Shown: piece after piece, positions 9,136 through 17,417 of the stretch
Layout: every line of letters begins with the position of its first letter
How positions within the stretch are numbered: position 1 is the stretch's first letter
Source: Pseudomonadota bacterium
Lineage (GTDB): Bacteria; Pseudomonadota; Alphaproteobacteria; UBA2136; UBA6156
Direction of reading: 5' to 3'
Assembly: GCA_016125035.1 (NCBI GenBank)
Contig: WGMN01000001.1
Location: forward strand, 193,526-257,525
Length of the DNA: 64,000 bases
The notes under the pieces: model-generated
Seen by the model: the letters and a program-made list of their open reading frames with translations, nothing else
Told to the model about the DNA's origin: nothing
Database searches by the model: none
Translations under genes and position numbers: made by a program

Positions 9136-9170
9136 TGTAACCCGTAACCCGGGGCCCGTAACCCGTTATG
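9136..9170. repeat. 35-nt heptamer-periodic element (CGTAACC-type, five units), flanked by the inverted repeat GCACTG...CAGTGC.
   Basis: The sequence reads tgtaacc cgtaacc cggggcc cgtaacc cgttatg. It is 34/35 identical in pattern to the copy at 57012-57046. It lies 9 nt upstream of the rlmJ start codon. Confidence 0.7.
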
Positions 9171-9230
9171 TGGCTTGTCAGTGCTGAAATTTGGGGGCAG
9201 GCTGGGCGCCTTGAAACAGGAGGAGTGAGG

Positions 9231-9653
9231 ATGGAGACTTTATATACTGCGAAAGCCAGCGCCACTGGAGGCCGCAACGGCAAGGCCGCGACAAGCGACG
9301 GCAGGCTGAAGGTTTTGCTGACGCACCCGGTGGCCCCCGGTCGGCCGGAAGTGGGCACCGACCCGGAACAGCTTTTTGCCTGCGGTTATGCGGCGTGCTT
9401 TGGCGGCGCCACCGAGTTTGCCGCCAAGCAAAAGGAGGTGGAACTGACGCAGCCGGTACAGGTGGACAGTGAGGTGAGTTTGCTGAAGAAGCCGGATGTG
9501 GGCTTTACGGTTGGGGTGAAACTGACGGTGCATTTGCCGGGCATCAAACAAAGTGTAGCCGAAGAAGTGGTGGAGTTGGCACACACCATTTGCCCTTATT
9601 CCAATGCGACGAAGGGGAATGTTGCCGTTGAGACGGTGGTTTTGGCAGGTTAG
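9231..9653 (+). CDS. ohr: Organic hydroperoxide resistance protein, OsmC/Ohr family.
   Basis: The N-terminus METLYTAKASATGGRNGKA matches Ohr, as do the EQLFAAGYAACF-like and cysteine motifs. A strong SD, aggagg, precedes the ATG. Confidence 0.85.
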   Translation: METLYTAKASATGGRNGKAATSDGRLKVLLTHPVAPGRPEVGTDPEQLFACGYAACFGGATEFAAKQKEVELTQPVQVDSEVSLLKKPDVGFTVGVKLTVHLPGIKQSVAEEVVELAHTICPYSNATKGNVAVETVVLAG

Positions 9654-9711
9654 GAGGTCTTTCGCAAAGCCGTGCGGGAGGAGGGCTTGTCCCGGACAGC
9701 AGGCGGGGCCC

Positions 9712-9736
9712 CGAAAAATGTATAGGACATTTTTCG
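9712..9736. terminator. Bidirectional hairpin between the convergent genes ohr and asnB.
   Basis: A perfect 10-bp inverted repeat, cgaaaaatgt/acatttttcg, encloses a 5-nt loop. Confidence 0.5.
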
Positions 9737-9783
9737 ACCCACCTAGCTTCCGGGATGACAGTCCCCCGGCCAGTGCTTGTGAG

Positions 9784-11523
9784 TTAACGGTGCCATTCTT
9801 CCGACAGGGTTTGCCACGATTGGCCCTGGACGTGGATGGCGTGCCAGAAGGCCAGCAGGGTGAGGCTGAGCGCCAGGTTGGCGGACTTGGCGTGGGCGAG
9901 GTTGCCGAGCAGTTTTTCAGCCGCGTGGGGGTGGAGGATTTGGGTGAGGATGGGGCTGGTTTGCCAGAGCGCGGCGAGGCGCTCTTTTTTATGGGCGAGG
10001 AAGCTGCCCACCGCCACCGAGAAGCCCTGCTTGCGCGCCCAGGCGAGTTGCGACTGGCCTTGCGCGGCGAGGTGCTGGCGCAGGATGAGCTTGCCGGCAT
10101 CTGGGCGGACTTTGAATTCATCCGGCAGCGAGAAGGCCCATGCGGCGAAGGTGTCATCCAGGTAGGGCACGCGGCCTTCGATGCCGTGAGCCATGGTGGT
10201 GCGGTCTAGCTTTAAGAGCAGGTCGTTGGGGAGCCAGCCCGCGACATCCTGCCCCTGGCGGCTTTGTAGTTTGGTGAGGCCGCGGGTGGGCCAGGGTTGC
10301 TCTGGCGGCGGAGGCGTGGAGACGTTGATCTGGAACAGCGACTGGAAGGGCGCGGCATCGCCGCTGCGGCGGGCTTTGAAGTAGCTGAGCAGGTTGGGCT
10401 TTTTGCGGTAGGCCGGGTAGCCGGCGAGCATTTCATCACCGCCCTCCCCCGAGAGCAGGATCTTCACGTCCTCACGTGCGCGGGCGGTGAGCTTGAGCAG
10501 TGGCAGGGCGGCGTAGTCTGTCGCCAGGTCATCCATCGCCCAGGCGAGTTTGGGGAGCATTGGCCAGAAGTCGGATTCATCATAGGGCACGGTGGTGTGG
10601 GTGGCGCCGATGCTTTGCGCGAACGAGGCGGCGATATCGGCCTCATTCACCCCGCCTGCCACCATGATGCGCGCGGTGTAGGCGTGCACCGGGGCGCCTA
10701 AGCTCCGCATGGCGAGGGTGACGGCAGTGCTATCCAGCCCGCCGGAGAGCAGGATGCCGTAGGGGACATCGGCCTGCAGGTGGCGGCTGACTGCGGCGGT
10801 GAGCTGCTCGTTGAAATCGTGATTCGTTATTCGTGATTCGTTATTCGTAACTGGGTTGAGGGGGGGCAATTTACGGCGGCGCATGATGATCTTGCCGTGG
10901 CGGACGGTGAGCCTCTCGCCCGGCAAAAGGCGGTGGATGTTTTTGAACAGCGTTTGGCTGCCGGTGGAGTAGTGCCGGTTGAGCAGTTGCGGCAGCACCG
11001 TGAGGTTGGGCTCGGCGCGCACCCAGCCGGCGGCGAGGATGGCTTTGGGCTCGGACGCGAAAATGAAACCGAGATTGGTTTCGGCATAATAAAGCGGTTT
11101 GATGCCGAAGGGATCGGTGGCGAGGTAAAGCGTTTCTGTTGCGCCATCGGCCAGGGCCAGGGCGTACATGCCCTGTAGCTCTTCCAGCGCCCCTTCCCCG
11201 ATTTGGGTGAAGCGGTGCAGGGGTGGTTCGCTATCCGACGCGGTGTGCAGGCGGGCGCCGTTTTGGGTGGCGAGGGTTTGCAGCGCTTTGTAGTTGTAGA
11301 TTTCGCCGTTCACCACGATGGCGGTTTTGCCTGCGACAAGGGGTTGGCGGCCGCCCGAGATATCGATGATGGAAAGGCGGCGGTGGGCGAGGCCGAGGCT
11401 GGCGTGGGTGAAGGTGCCTTCGCCATCTGGCCCGCGGTGGGCCAGCGCGGCGAGCAAAGGGGCCAGATGTTTGGCCGTGGCCTTTTGGCTTTTGATGAGA
11501 CTGACGCCGGCGATTCCGCACAT
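9784..11523 (-). CDS. asnB: Asparagine synthetase (glutamine-hydrolysing).
   Basis: It begins MCGIAG, the N-terminal Cys nucleophile. It has the glutamine amidotransferase class-II domain plus the synthetase SGGLDS motif. An embedded heptamer element encodes TNNESRITNHD. Confidence 0.85.
   Translation of the reverse strand: MCGIAGVSLIKSQKATAKHLAPLLAALAHRGPDGEGTFTHASLGLAHRRLSIIDISGGRQPLVAGKTAIVVNGEIYNYKALQTLATQNGARLHTASDSEPPLHRFTQIGEGALEELQGMYALALADGATETLYLATDPFGIKPLYYAETNLGFIFASEPKAILAAGWVRAEPNLTVLPQLLNRHYSTGSQTLFKNIHRLLPGERLTVRHGKIIMRRRKLPPLNPVTNNESRITNHDFNEQLTAAVSRHLQADVPYGILLSGGLDSTAVTLAMRSLGAPVHAYTARIMVAGGVNEADIAASFAQSIGATHTTVPYDESDFWPMLPKLAWAMDDLATDYAALPLLKLTARAREDVKILLSGEGGDEMLAGYPAYRKKPNLLSYFKARRSGDAAPFQSLFQINVSTPPPPEQPWPTRGLTKLQSRQGQDVAGWLPNDLLLKLDRTTMAHGIEGRVPYLDDTFAAWAFSLPDEFKVRPDAGKLILRQHLAAQGQSQLAWARKQGFSVAVGSFLAHKKERLAALWQTSPILTQILHPHAAEKLLGNLAHAKSANLALSLTLLAFWHAIHVQGQSWQTLSEEWHR
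10818..10852. repeat. 35-nt heptamer-periodic element (CGTGATT/CGTTATT-type, five units) inside the asnB CDS, in frame.
   Basis: The units are cgtgatt cgttatt cgtgatt cgttatt cgtaact. On the coding (minus) strand it translates to ...TNNESRITNHD... without a frameshift. Confidence 0.75.
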
Positions 11524-11556
11524 ACCCAACGGTATAGGCGGAATCGGCGCGGACGT

Positions 11557-12912
11557 CTAGCGGCTGAAGCTGCGGCGCGGGCGACCGCCGAAGGAGCGGT
11601 TGCCGCCACCGCCGTGGCTGTTGCCGTGGGTGCGCCCGCCCTGGTGTTGGCCCTGGCCGCCGCCGCTGTTGCCGCCGTGGTTACCCTGCGAACGTGCCGG
11701 GCGTTGGCCGCGCTGTTTGGGGCGGCCCGGAGGCGCCTCGGCGGAGACGATGCGGCGGAAATCGGCCTCGGTGAAGGAGGATTCCAGGCCTTCTATCTTG
11801 CTGAAGGTGAAGGGTTTGCCCAGGCGTTTTTCGATATCGCGCAGCAAGGGGAGATCGGGCGGGGAGACCAGCGAGATGGCCACGCCCACCGCGCCGCCGC
11901 GGCCGGTGCGGCCGATGCGGTGGGTGTAGTCTTCCGCCAGGTTGGGAAGATCATAATTGATGACGTGGGAGAGGTTCTTCACGTCGAGCCCGCGTGCGGC
12001 GACGTCGGTGGCCACCAGCACCTTGAGGCGCCCGGCGTGCAGACTATCCAACGTGCGCTTGCGTTGGTTCTGCTTCATGTCGCCGTGCAGGGCGCCGGTG
12101 GAGAAGCCTTGCTGTTGCAGCTTTTTGGCCAGCCTATCCGCCCCGTGCTTGGTGGCGGAGAAGATGATGACCTGGTCGACATCGTTTTGCTTGAGCAGGT
12201 GCGAGAGCATGTTCTGCTTATGGTCGGTGTTATCCACATGGAAGACGTGCTGGGTGATGGCCGAGTGGTCTTGCTTGGCGGCGGCGAGCTGGGCGCGGTG
12301 CGGATTTTGCAGGGTGCGCGAGGCGACCTTTTCCACCTCGGGGCTGAAAGTTGCCGAGAACAGCAGGATTTGCGGGCGCGAGGGCAGCGCGGCGATGATC
12401 TTTTCCACCGGTTTGAGGAAGCCCATGTCGAGCATGCGGTCGGCTTCGTCGAGCACCAGGACTTCCACGCGGGAGAAATCCACGCGCCGTTCGTTCATGT
12501 GGTCGATGAGGCGGCCGGGGGTGGCGACGAGGATATCCAGCGGCCGGGAGAGCAACTGGTACTGCGGGCCGTAGCCCACCCCGCCGATGACCACCCCGCT
12601 GCGCACGGAGAGGTGTTTGCCGAAGAGTTTGAGGTTATCCATGCATTGCTGGGCAAGTTCCCGCGTAGGCGTAAGCACCAGCACGCGCGGGCCGTGGCCC
12701 TGGCGGGCGCTGGGGCCGGAGACGACGCGTTGCAGGCACGGCAGCACAAAAGCCGCCGTTTTGCCGGTGCCGGTTTGCGCGCAGGCCATGACATCCTTGC
12801 CCTGCAAAATGGCCGGGATGGTTTGCGCCTGGATGGGGCTGGGCGCGGTGAAGCCGGCATCTTGAATAGCCTGGAGGATGGCAGGCTTGAGGTTAAACGA
12901 CGTGAAGCTCAT
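11557..12912 (-). CDS. rhlE: ATP-dependent DEAD-box RNA helicase (RhlE-like) with an RGG/Gly-rich C-terminal tail.
   Basis: The Q motif, Walker A AQTGTGKT, DEAD, SAT and HRIGRTGR motifs are all present. The C-terminus is low-complexity and rich in G, R, N and Q. Confidence 0.9.
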   Translation of the reverse strand: MSFTSFNLKPAILQAIQDAGFTAPSPIQAQTIPAILQGKDVMACAQTGTGKTAAFVLPCLQRVVSGPSARQGHGPRVLVLTPTRELAQQCMDNLKLFGKHLSVRSGVVIGGVGYGPQYQLLSRPLDILVATPGRLIDHMNERRVDFSRVEVLVLDEADRMLDMGFLKPVEKIIAALPSRPQILLFSATFSPEVEKVASRTLQNPHRAQLAAAKQDHSAITQHVFHVDNTDHKQNMLSHLLKQNDVDQVIIFSATKHGADRLAKKLQQQGFSTGALHGDMKQNQRKRTLDSLHAGRLKVLVATDVAARGLDVKNLSHVINYDLPNLAEDYTHRIGRTGRGGAVGVAISLVSPPDLPLLRDIEKRLGKPFTFSKIEGLESSFTEADFRRIVSAEAPPGRPKQRGQRPARSQGNHGGNSGGGQGQHQGGRTHGNSHGGGGNRSFGGRPRRSFSR

Positions 12913-13172
12913 GGCTATGAGACCTTATGTTGGTGCGGCGCTCTGGCCCAAAGATGGCCATTGGCTGCGGGTTGTGGGCGCCTGGACCTTACGTAAGGTT
13001 CTTGAAGTGCTGGCGGTGATATGGGGGGCGAAGCGGCAAAAGGCAAGCCCCATATGCATTTATTTGAAAAAATGTGTGTTTTAGTAAGAAATTTGCCCCC
13101 CAGGGGCTGGCCTTTTGGCTGCGCGTGGGCTACAAGGGCGCCGACAACAGCCAGACTTAGGATTGAAAGACC

Positions 13173-14993
13173 ATGCGCGAAAAGACCCGGAACATTGCCA
13201 TTATCGCCCACGTGGACCATGGGAAGACCACGCTTGTGGACGCGCTGCTGAAGCAGACCGGCACCTTTGCCAGCAACGAAAAAGTGGCCGAGCGCGCCAT
13301 GGACAGCAACGACATTGAGCGTGAGCGCGGCATTACCATTTTGGCCAAGACCACCAGCATTATGTACAAGGATTACCGCATTAATGTGGTGGACACCCCC
13401 GGGCACGCCGACTTTGGCGGCGAGGTGGAGCGCATTTTGGGCATGGTGGATGGTGCCGTGCTGCTGGTGGACGCCGCCGAAGGCCCCATGCCGCAGACCA
13501 AATTTGTGCTGGGCAAAGCCTTGCAGCTGGGCCTGAAGCCGATTTTGGTGGTGAACAAGATTGACCGCGGCGACGCGCGCCCCGACGAAGTGGTGAACGA
13601 GACCTTTGACCTGTTTGACAGCCTGGGCGCCGACCACGACCAGCTGGACTTCCCCATTTTATACGCCGTGGGCCGCGATGGCTGGGTGAGCAAGGATGCG
13701 AAGGTGAAGGGAGATAACTGCTTCCCCCTATTGGACCTGGTGCTGGAGCATGTGCAGGCGCCGCAGGGCGATGCCACCGCGCCGTTTAAGATGCTGGTGA
13801 GCATGGTGGAGCGTAATGAGTTTGTGGGCCGGATCGTGACCGGGCGCATCTTCTCCGGCAGTGTGAAGAAGAACATGCCGATTAAGGCCATGGACCGCAA
13901 CGGCGCGGATATTGACCGCGGCAAGGTGGTGCAAATTTTCGGCTTCCAGGGGTTGAAGAAGGTGCCGGTGGACGAAGCCAGCGTGGGCGACATTGTGGCC
14001 ATTGCCGGGCTTGGCAACGCCTACGTGAGCCACACGCTGTGCGACACGAGCGTGAATGAGCCCCTGCCCGCTGTGGCGATTGACCCGCCGACCTTGATGA
14101 TGACCTTTAGCGTGAACGACAGCCCCCTTTCCGGACAGGAAGGCAAAAAGCTGACCAGCCGCGAAATTGGTGCGCGTTTGTTCGCCGAAGCCGAGACCAA
14201 CGTGGGGTTGATTGTGGAGCAGGGTTCCACCACCGAGAGCTTTAAGGTGATGGGGCGCGGTGAGTTGCACCTGGGGGTGCTTATTGAGACCATGCGCCGC
14301 GAGGGGTTTGAGCTGAGCATTTCCCGCCCGGAGACCATCTTCCGCGAAGAGAACGGCGTGAAGCTGGAGCCTTATGAAGATATCATCGTGGACGTGGATG
14401 AGGCCTACAGCGGTGTGGTGATGGAGAAAATGGGCCTGCGCCGCGCCGAGATGGTGAATATGATCGCCGACCACCATGGTAAGCAGCGCCTTATCTTCGT
14501 GGGGCCGAGCCGCGGGATGATCGGTTACCGCAGCGAGTTTTTGACCGACACGCGGGGCACCGGTGTGTTGACGCGCCAGTTTAAGGAATATGGGCCGCTG
14601 AAGCAGCTGAGCGGAGGGCGCCGCAACGGCGTGCTGGTGAGCATGGCCAATGGGGTGAGCACGGCGTACATTTTGAACGAACTGGAAGCGCGCGGGACGT
14701 TGTTTATTGGCGACGTGGTGACCGTTTACGATGGGATGATTGTGGGCGAAAACAGCCGCGAGGATGATTTGGAAGTGAACCCCACGCACGCCAAGAAGCT
14801 CTCCAACGTGCGTGCCGCGGGTAAGGACGACGCGATTAAGCTGACGCCGCCCAGGGACATTACGCTGGAGTACGCGCTGACCTATATTCAGGACGACGAG
14901 CTGGTGGAGGTGACGCCGAAGAACATCCGCCTGCGCAAGCGCGGGTTGGATGCGCATAGCCGCAAGAAGTACCGCCGGGAAGCGGGTAATTAA
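13173..14993 (+). CDS. typA: Translational GTPase BipA/TypA.
   Basis: The N-terminus is [19 protein letters not shown], followed by [14 protein letters not shown]. The length is 606 aa. Confidence 0.95.
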   Translation: MREKTRNIAIIAHVDHGKTTLVDALLKQTGTFASNEKVAERAMDSNDIERERGITILAKTTSIMYKDYRINVVDTPGHADFGGEVERILGMVDGAVLLVDAAEGPMPQTKFVLGKALQLGLKPILVVNKIDRGDARPDEVVNETFDLFDSLGADHDQLDFPILYAVGRDGWVSKDAKVKGDNCFPLLDLVLEHVQAPQGDATAPFKMLVSMVERNEFVGRIVTGRIFSGSVKKNMPIKAMDRNGADIDRGKVVQIFGFQGLKKVPVDEASVGDIVAIAGLGNAYVSHTLCDTSVNEPLPAVAIDPPTLMMTFSVNDSPLSGQEGKKLTSREIGARLFAEAETNVGLIVEQGSTTESFKVMGRGELHLGVLIETMRREGFELSISRPETIFREENGVKLEPYEDIIVDVDEAYSGVVMEKMGLRRAEMVNMIADHHGKQRLIFVGPSRGMIGYRSEFLTDTRGTGVLTRQFKEYGPLKQLSGGRRNGVLVSMANGVSTAYILNELEARGTLFIGDVVTVYDGMIVGENSREDDLEVNPTHAKKLSNVRAAGKDDAIKLTPPRDITLEYALTYIQDDELVEVTPKNIRLRKRGLDAHSRKKYRREAGN

Positions 14994-15003
14994 GGAAGGG
15001 TTG

Positions 15004-15046
15004 AGGGGGCTGGGGTGCGCCAAAAGTGCGCCGCAGCCCCCTTCTC
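15004..15046 (+). terminator. Likely rho-independent terminator of typA.
   Basis: A GC-rich hairpin, gggggctggggtgcgcc...gcgccgcagccccc, is followed by a T-rich tract. Confidence 0.55.
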
Positions 15047-15099
15047 TGCGCTTAAAAACTTGACGAAACCTTTGGTTATGGCGATAACCGGGCCCGTGC

Positions 15100-15187
15100 G
15101 GAAGTGTGGCCGAGTGGTTGAAGGCGCACGCTTGGAAAGCGTGTATGGGGCAACTCATCGCAGGTTCGAATCCTGTCACTTCCGCCA
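15100..15187 (+). tRNA. tRNA-Ser (GGA anticodon), with a long variable arm and encoded CCA.
   Basis: The sequence GGAAGTGTGGCCGAGTGGTTGAAGGCGCACGCTTGGAAAGCGTG...CAGGTTCGAATCCTGTCACTTCCGCCA was folded by eye. The D-arm, anticodon arm, long variable arm and T-arm all form. Confidence 0.85.
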
Positions 15188-15225
15188 GTTAAATGAGGGA
15201 ATGGCCAGTTTTGGCTTGCACGCCT

Positions 15226-15316
15226 TAAGGCGCACGCTGGACTCTTAATTGTCCACCTTCGGTGGAACAGCGTGCATGGGCAACTTATCGCAGGTTCGGA
15301 CTCTGCCACTCCGCCA
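15226..15316 (+). pseudogene. Partial duplicate of the tRNA-Ser 3' portion (anticodon stem to CCA), with a 31-nt hairpin-containing insertion replacing the anticodon loop. It is probably an att-site remnant or pseudo-tRNA.
   Basis: It aligns with tRNA-Ser over ggcgcacgct...gcgtg(c/t)atggg(g)caact(c/t)atcgcaggttcg...ccgcca. The 5' acceptor and D-arm are absent and the T-stem is mutated. Confidence 0.6.
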
Positions 15317-15340
15317 GTTGCAATTGGGAGATGCGCCAAA

Positions 15341-15736
15341 ATGATGCACGTTCAGTACAAACTGGATAAGTCACCCTTGCATGGCATTGGTTTGTTTGCC
15401 GCCCAGCCCATTAAGCAAGGGGCGCTCATCTATTCAGCCAGCCCCATTCTTGATGTGAATATTAGCTCGGAGCAATTCGAGAGCCTGACAGAGGCAGAGA
15501 AAAGTGAAGTTCGCTTTTGGGGATTCTGGATTGAAGACGAACAGGTTTGGCATGTTGATTTTGATGTCTCTAAATTTATTAACCATGACCGCAACTCTAC
15601 CGTAACCCAAGATGGGGATCATAAAGACGCCTACCTGGTTGCGACCCGTGACATTAAAAGCGGTGAGGAACTTACCCAGAATTATCTGGAATTTGAGACT
15701 GAGGCGGATTTACGCCAACGCGGAATCTCGGACTAG
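15341..15736 (+). CDS. SET-domain protein, a putative protein-lysine methyltransferase (131 aa). The gene is low-GC and likely horizontally acquired.
   Basis: GIGLFA, FINHD(R)N and ELTQNY motifs are characteristic of SET domains. Local GC is about 45-48% against about 65% in the flanks. It lies immediately downstream of tRNA-Ser and its fragment duplicate. Confidence 0.7.
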   Translation: MMHVQYKLDKSPLHGIGLFAAQPIKQGALIYSASPILDVNISSEQFESLTEAEKSEVRFWGFWIEDEQVWHVDFDVSKFINHDRNSTVTQDGDHKDAYLVATRDIKSGEELTQNYLEFETEADLRQRGISD

Positions 15737-15842
15737 GAGTTTCGGCAAACCGTGTTTTACGGCTGCTTGATTAGCAACCACTAGAGTTGCGGGTTGTGTA
15801 CTGCATACGATAGGCTGGTGCCCAGGAACGGGAGAAAACGCC

Positions 15843-17381
15843 ATGTCGGTTGACCAGTTGCACGATAAGCTTGAAGTGTTTGCCGGATATTTGTGGGGTT
15901 GGCCGATGCTGGTGTTGCTGGTGGCCACCGGGGTTTGGTTTACCTTTGTGTTGAAGGGGCTGCAATTCCGCCTGTTGTTCCCCGCGTTGTATGACGCCTT
16001 TGGGCCCGACGGTGGCAAGAGCCGCGGTGAGGGTACCATCAGCAACCGTGCGGCGCTGCTGACCGCGCTGGCGGCAACCGTGGGCACCGGCAACATTGCC
16101 GGGGTGGCCACCGCCATTGCCATGGGCGGGCCGGGTGCGGTGTTCTGGATGTGGTTGAGCGGGCTGCTGGGCATGGCGGTGAAATTCAGCGAAGTGTTGC
16201 TGGGCTTGCATTACCGCGTGAGGGAGGCCGACGGCACCTACCGCGGCGGGCCGATGTACTATTTGAAACAGGGGGTGGGCTCGCCGTTTCTGGCGGGGGT
16301 GTTTGCCACCTTCCTTGCTTTTGCGACGCTGAGCATTGGCGGGATGATCCAGAACAACTCTATTGCCGATGCGCTGAACGCGACCTTTGGCTGGAACGCC
16401 ACCCTGGTGGGTGGGGTGGTGGCGATTGCCGCGGCGGTGATTATGTTTGGTGGGTTGAAGAGCATCGCCAACACCGCCAATGTGCTGGTGCCGGTGATGA
16501 TCATCGCCTACACCGTTGCGGCAGTGATGATCTTGCTGGCCAATGCCAGTTATGTGCCTGAGGTGTTTGGCATGATCTTCCACGATGCCTTCAGCGGCAG
16601 CGCGGCGGCCGGCGGTTTTGCCGGCGTGGCAATGGCCAGCGCGGTGCGCTTTGGCCTTTCACGCGGGGTGTTCTCTAACGAGTCCGGGCAGGGCTCGGCG
16701 CCGATTGTGGCGGCCACCGCCAAGACGCGGCACCCGGCCGAGCAGGCGTTGATCTCTATGACGCAGACGTTCATCGACACCATTGTGGTGTGCACGATGA
16801 CCGCGCTGGTGATTCTGGTGAGTGGCGCGTGGCAGAGTGGTGCGGCGCAAAGCGCCGGGGCAAGTTTGACCACGCTGGCGTTCAACACCGGTTTGGGGCA
16901 GCTGAGCTTTTACGGTGTGGGTGTGGGGGCGGCGATTGTGAGTGTGAGCATTTTGATGTTTGCCTTCACCACCATTTTGGGCTGGGGCTTTTATGGCCAG
17001 CAGGCGGCAGTTTATTTGCTTGGCCCCAAGGTGGCCAAGCCTTATCTGGCGGTGTTTTTGGTGTTCACCTTTTTGGGGGCGTACCTGATTGATTACTCCA
17101 GCGCCGGGGCCGCCGTGCGGCTGCTGTGGGTAAGCGCCGACATTACCGTGGGTTTGACCATGCTGCCGAACCTTTACGCGCTGTGGATGTTGAGCGGGAA
17201 GATACGCGCGCTGACGGAGGATTACCTGAGTGCGATCAAGACCGGGCGGGCGTTTGCGGTGGTGCCTTTTGTGAACGAGGTGCGGGTGAGCGCGCGACCG
17301 GCAAAAGGTGGCAAAACGCTGCCAATGACGCGCAAGAAAATGGTGGTGCGGCGGCCGAAGGCGGCAAAACGACGGCGCTAG
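15843..17381 (+). CDS. agcS: Sodium:alanine/glycine symporter (AGCS family amino-acid carrier).
   Basis: The protein is 512 aa and polytopic. The N-terminal region and the GGPGA(V)FWMW motif are typical of the family. Confidence 0.85.
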   Translation: MSVDQLHDKLEVFAGYLWGWPMLVLLVATGVWFTFVLKGLQFRLLFPALYDAFGPDGGKSRGEGTISNRAALLTALAATVGTGNIAGVATAIAMGGPGAVFWMWLSGLLGMAVKFSEVLLGLHYRVREADGTYRGGPMYYLKQGVGSPFLAGVFATFLAFATLSIGGMIQNNSIADALNATFGWNATLVGGVVAIAAAVIMFGGLKSIANTANVLVPVMIIAYTVAAVMILLANASYVPEVFGMIFHDAFSGSAAAGGFAGVAMASAVRFGLSRGVFSNESGQGSAPIVAATAKTRHPAEQALISMTQTFIDTIVVCTMTALVILVSGAWQSGAAQSAGASLTTLAFNTGLGQLSFYGVGVGAAIVSVSILMFAFTTILGWGFYGQQAAVYLLGPKVAKPYLAVFLVFTFLGAYLIDYSSAGAAVRLLWVSADITVGLTMLPNLYALWMLSGKIRALTEDYLSAIKTGRAFAVVPFVNEVRVSARPAKGGKTLPMTRKKMVVRRPKAAKRRR

Positions 17382-17417
17382 CTGCAAGCACAAGGGGCCG
17401 GATGGCCCCTTTGCTTT

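Noticed and set aside
15226-15316. An intron-containing functional tRNA-Ser.
   Set aside because: The copy lacks the 5' acceptor strand and D-arm and has T-stem mutations. Bacterial tRNA introns are group I, about 250 nt or longer, not 31-nt inserts. It is interpreted as a fragment or att remnant.
15737-15842. Possible glycine riboswitch upstream of the agcS-family transporter gene.
   Set aside because: AGCS genes are often glycine-riboswitch controlled. This 105-nt leader lacks the conserved ACCGAAGG / CTCAGGCAAAAGGAC-like aptamer motifs, so it is not called without a covariance-model search.
15100-17400. An intact genomic island or prophage at tRNA-Ser.
   Set aside because: There is no integrase, recombinase, or phage structural gene. 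Only a single low-GC gene follows the tRNA before high-GC core genes (agcS, fadE) resume.
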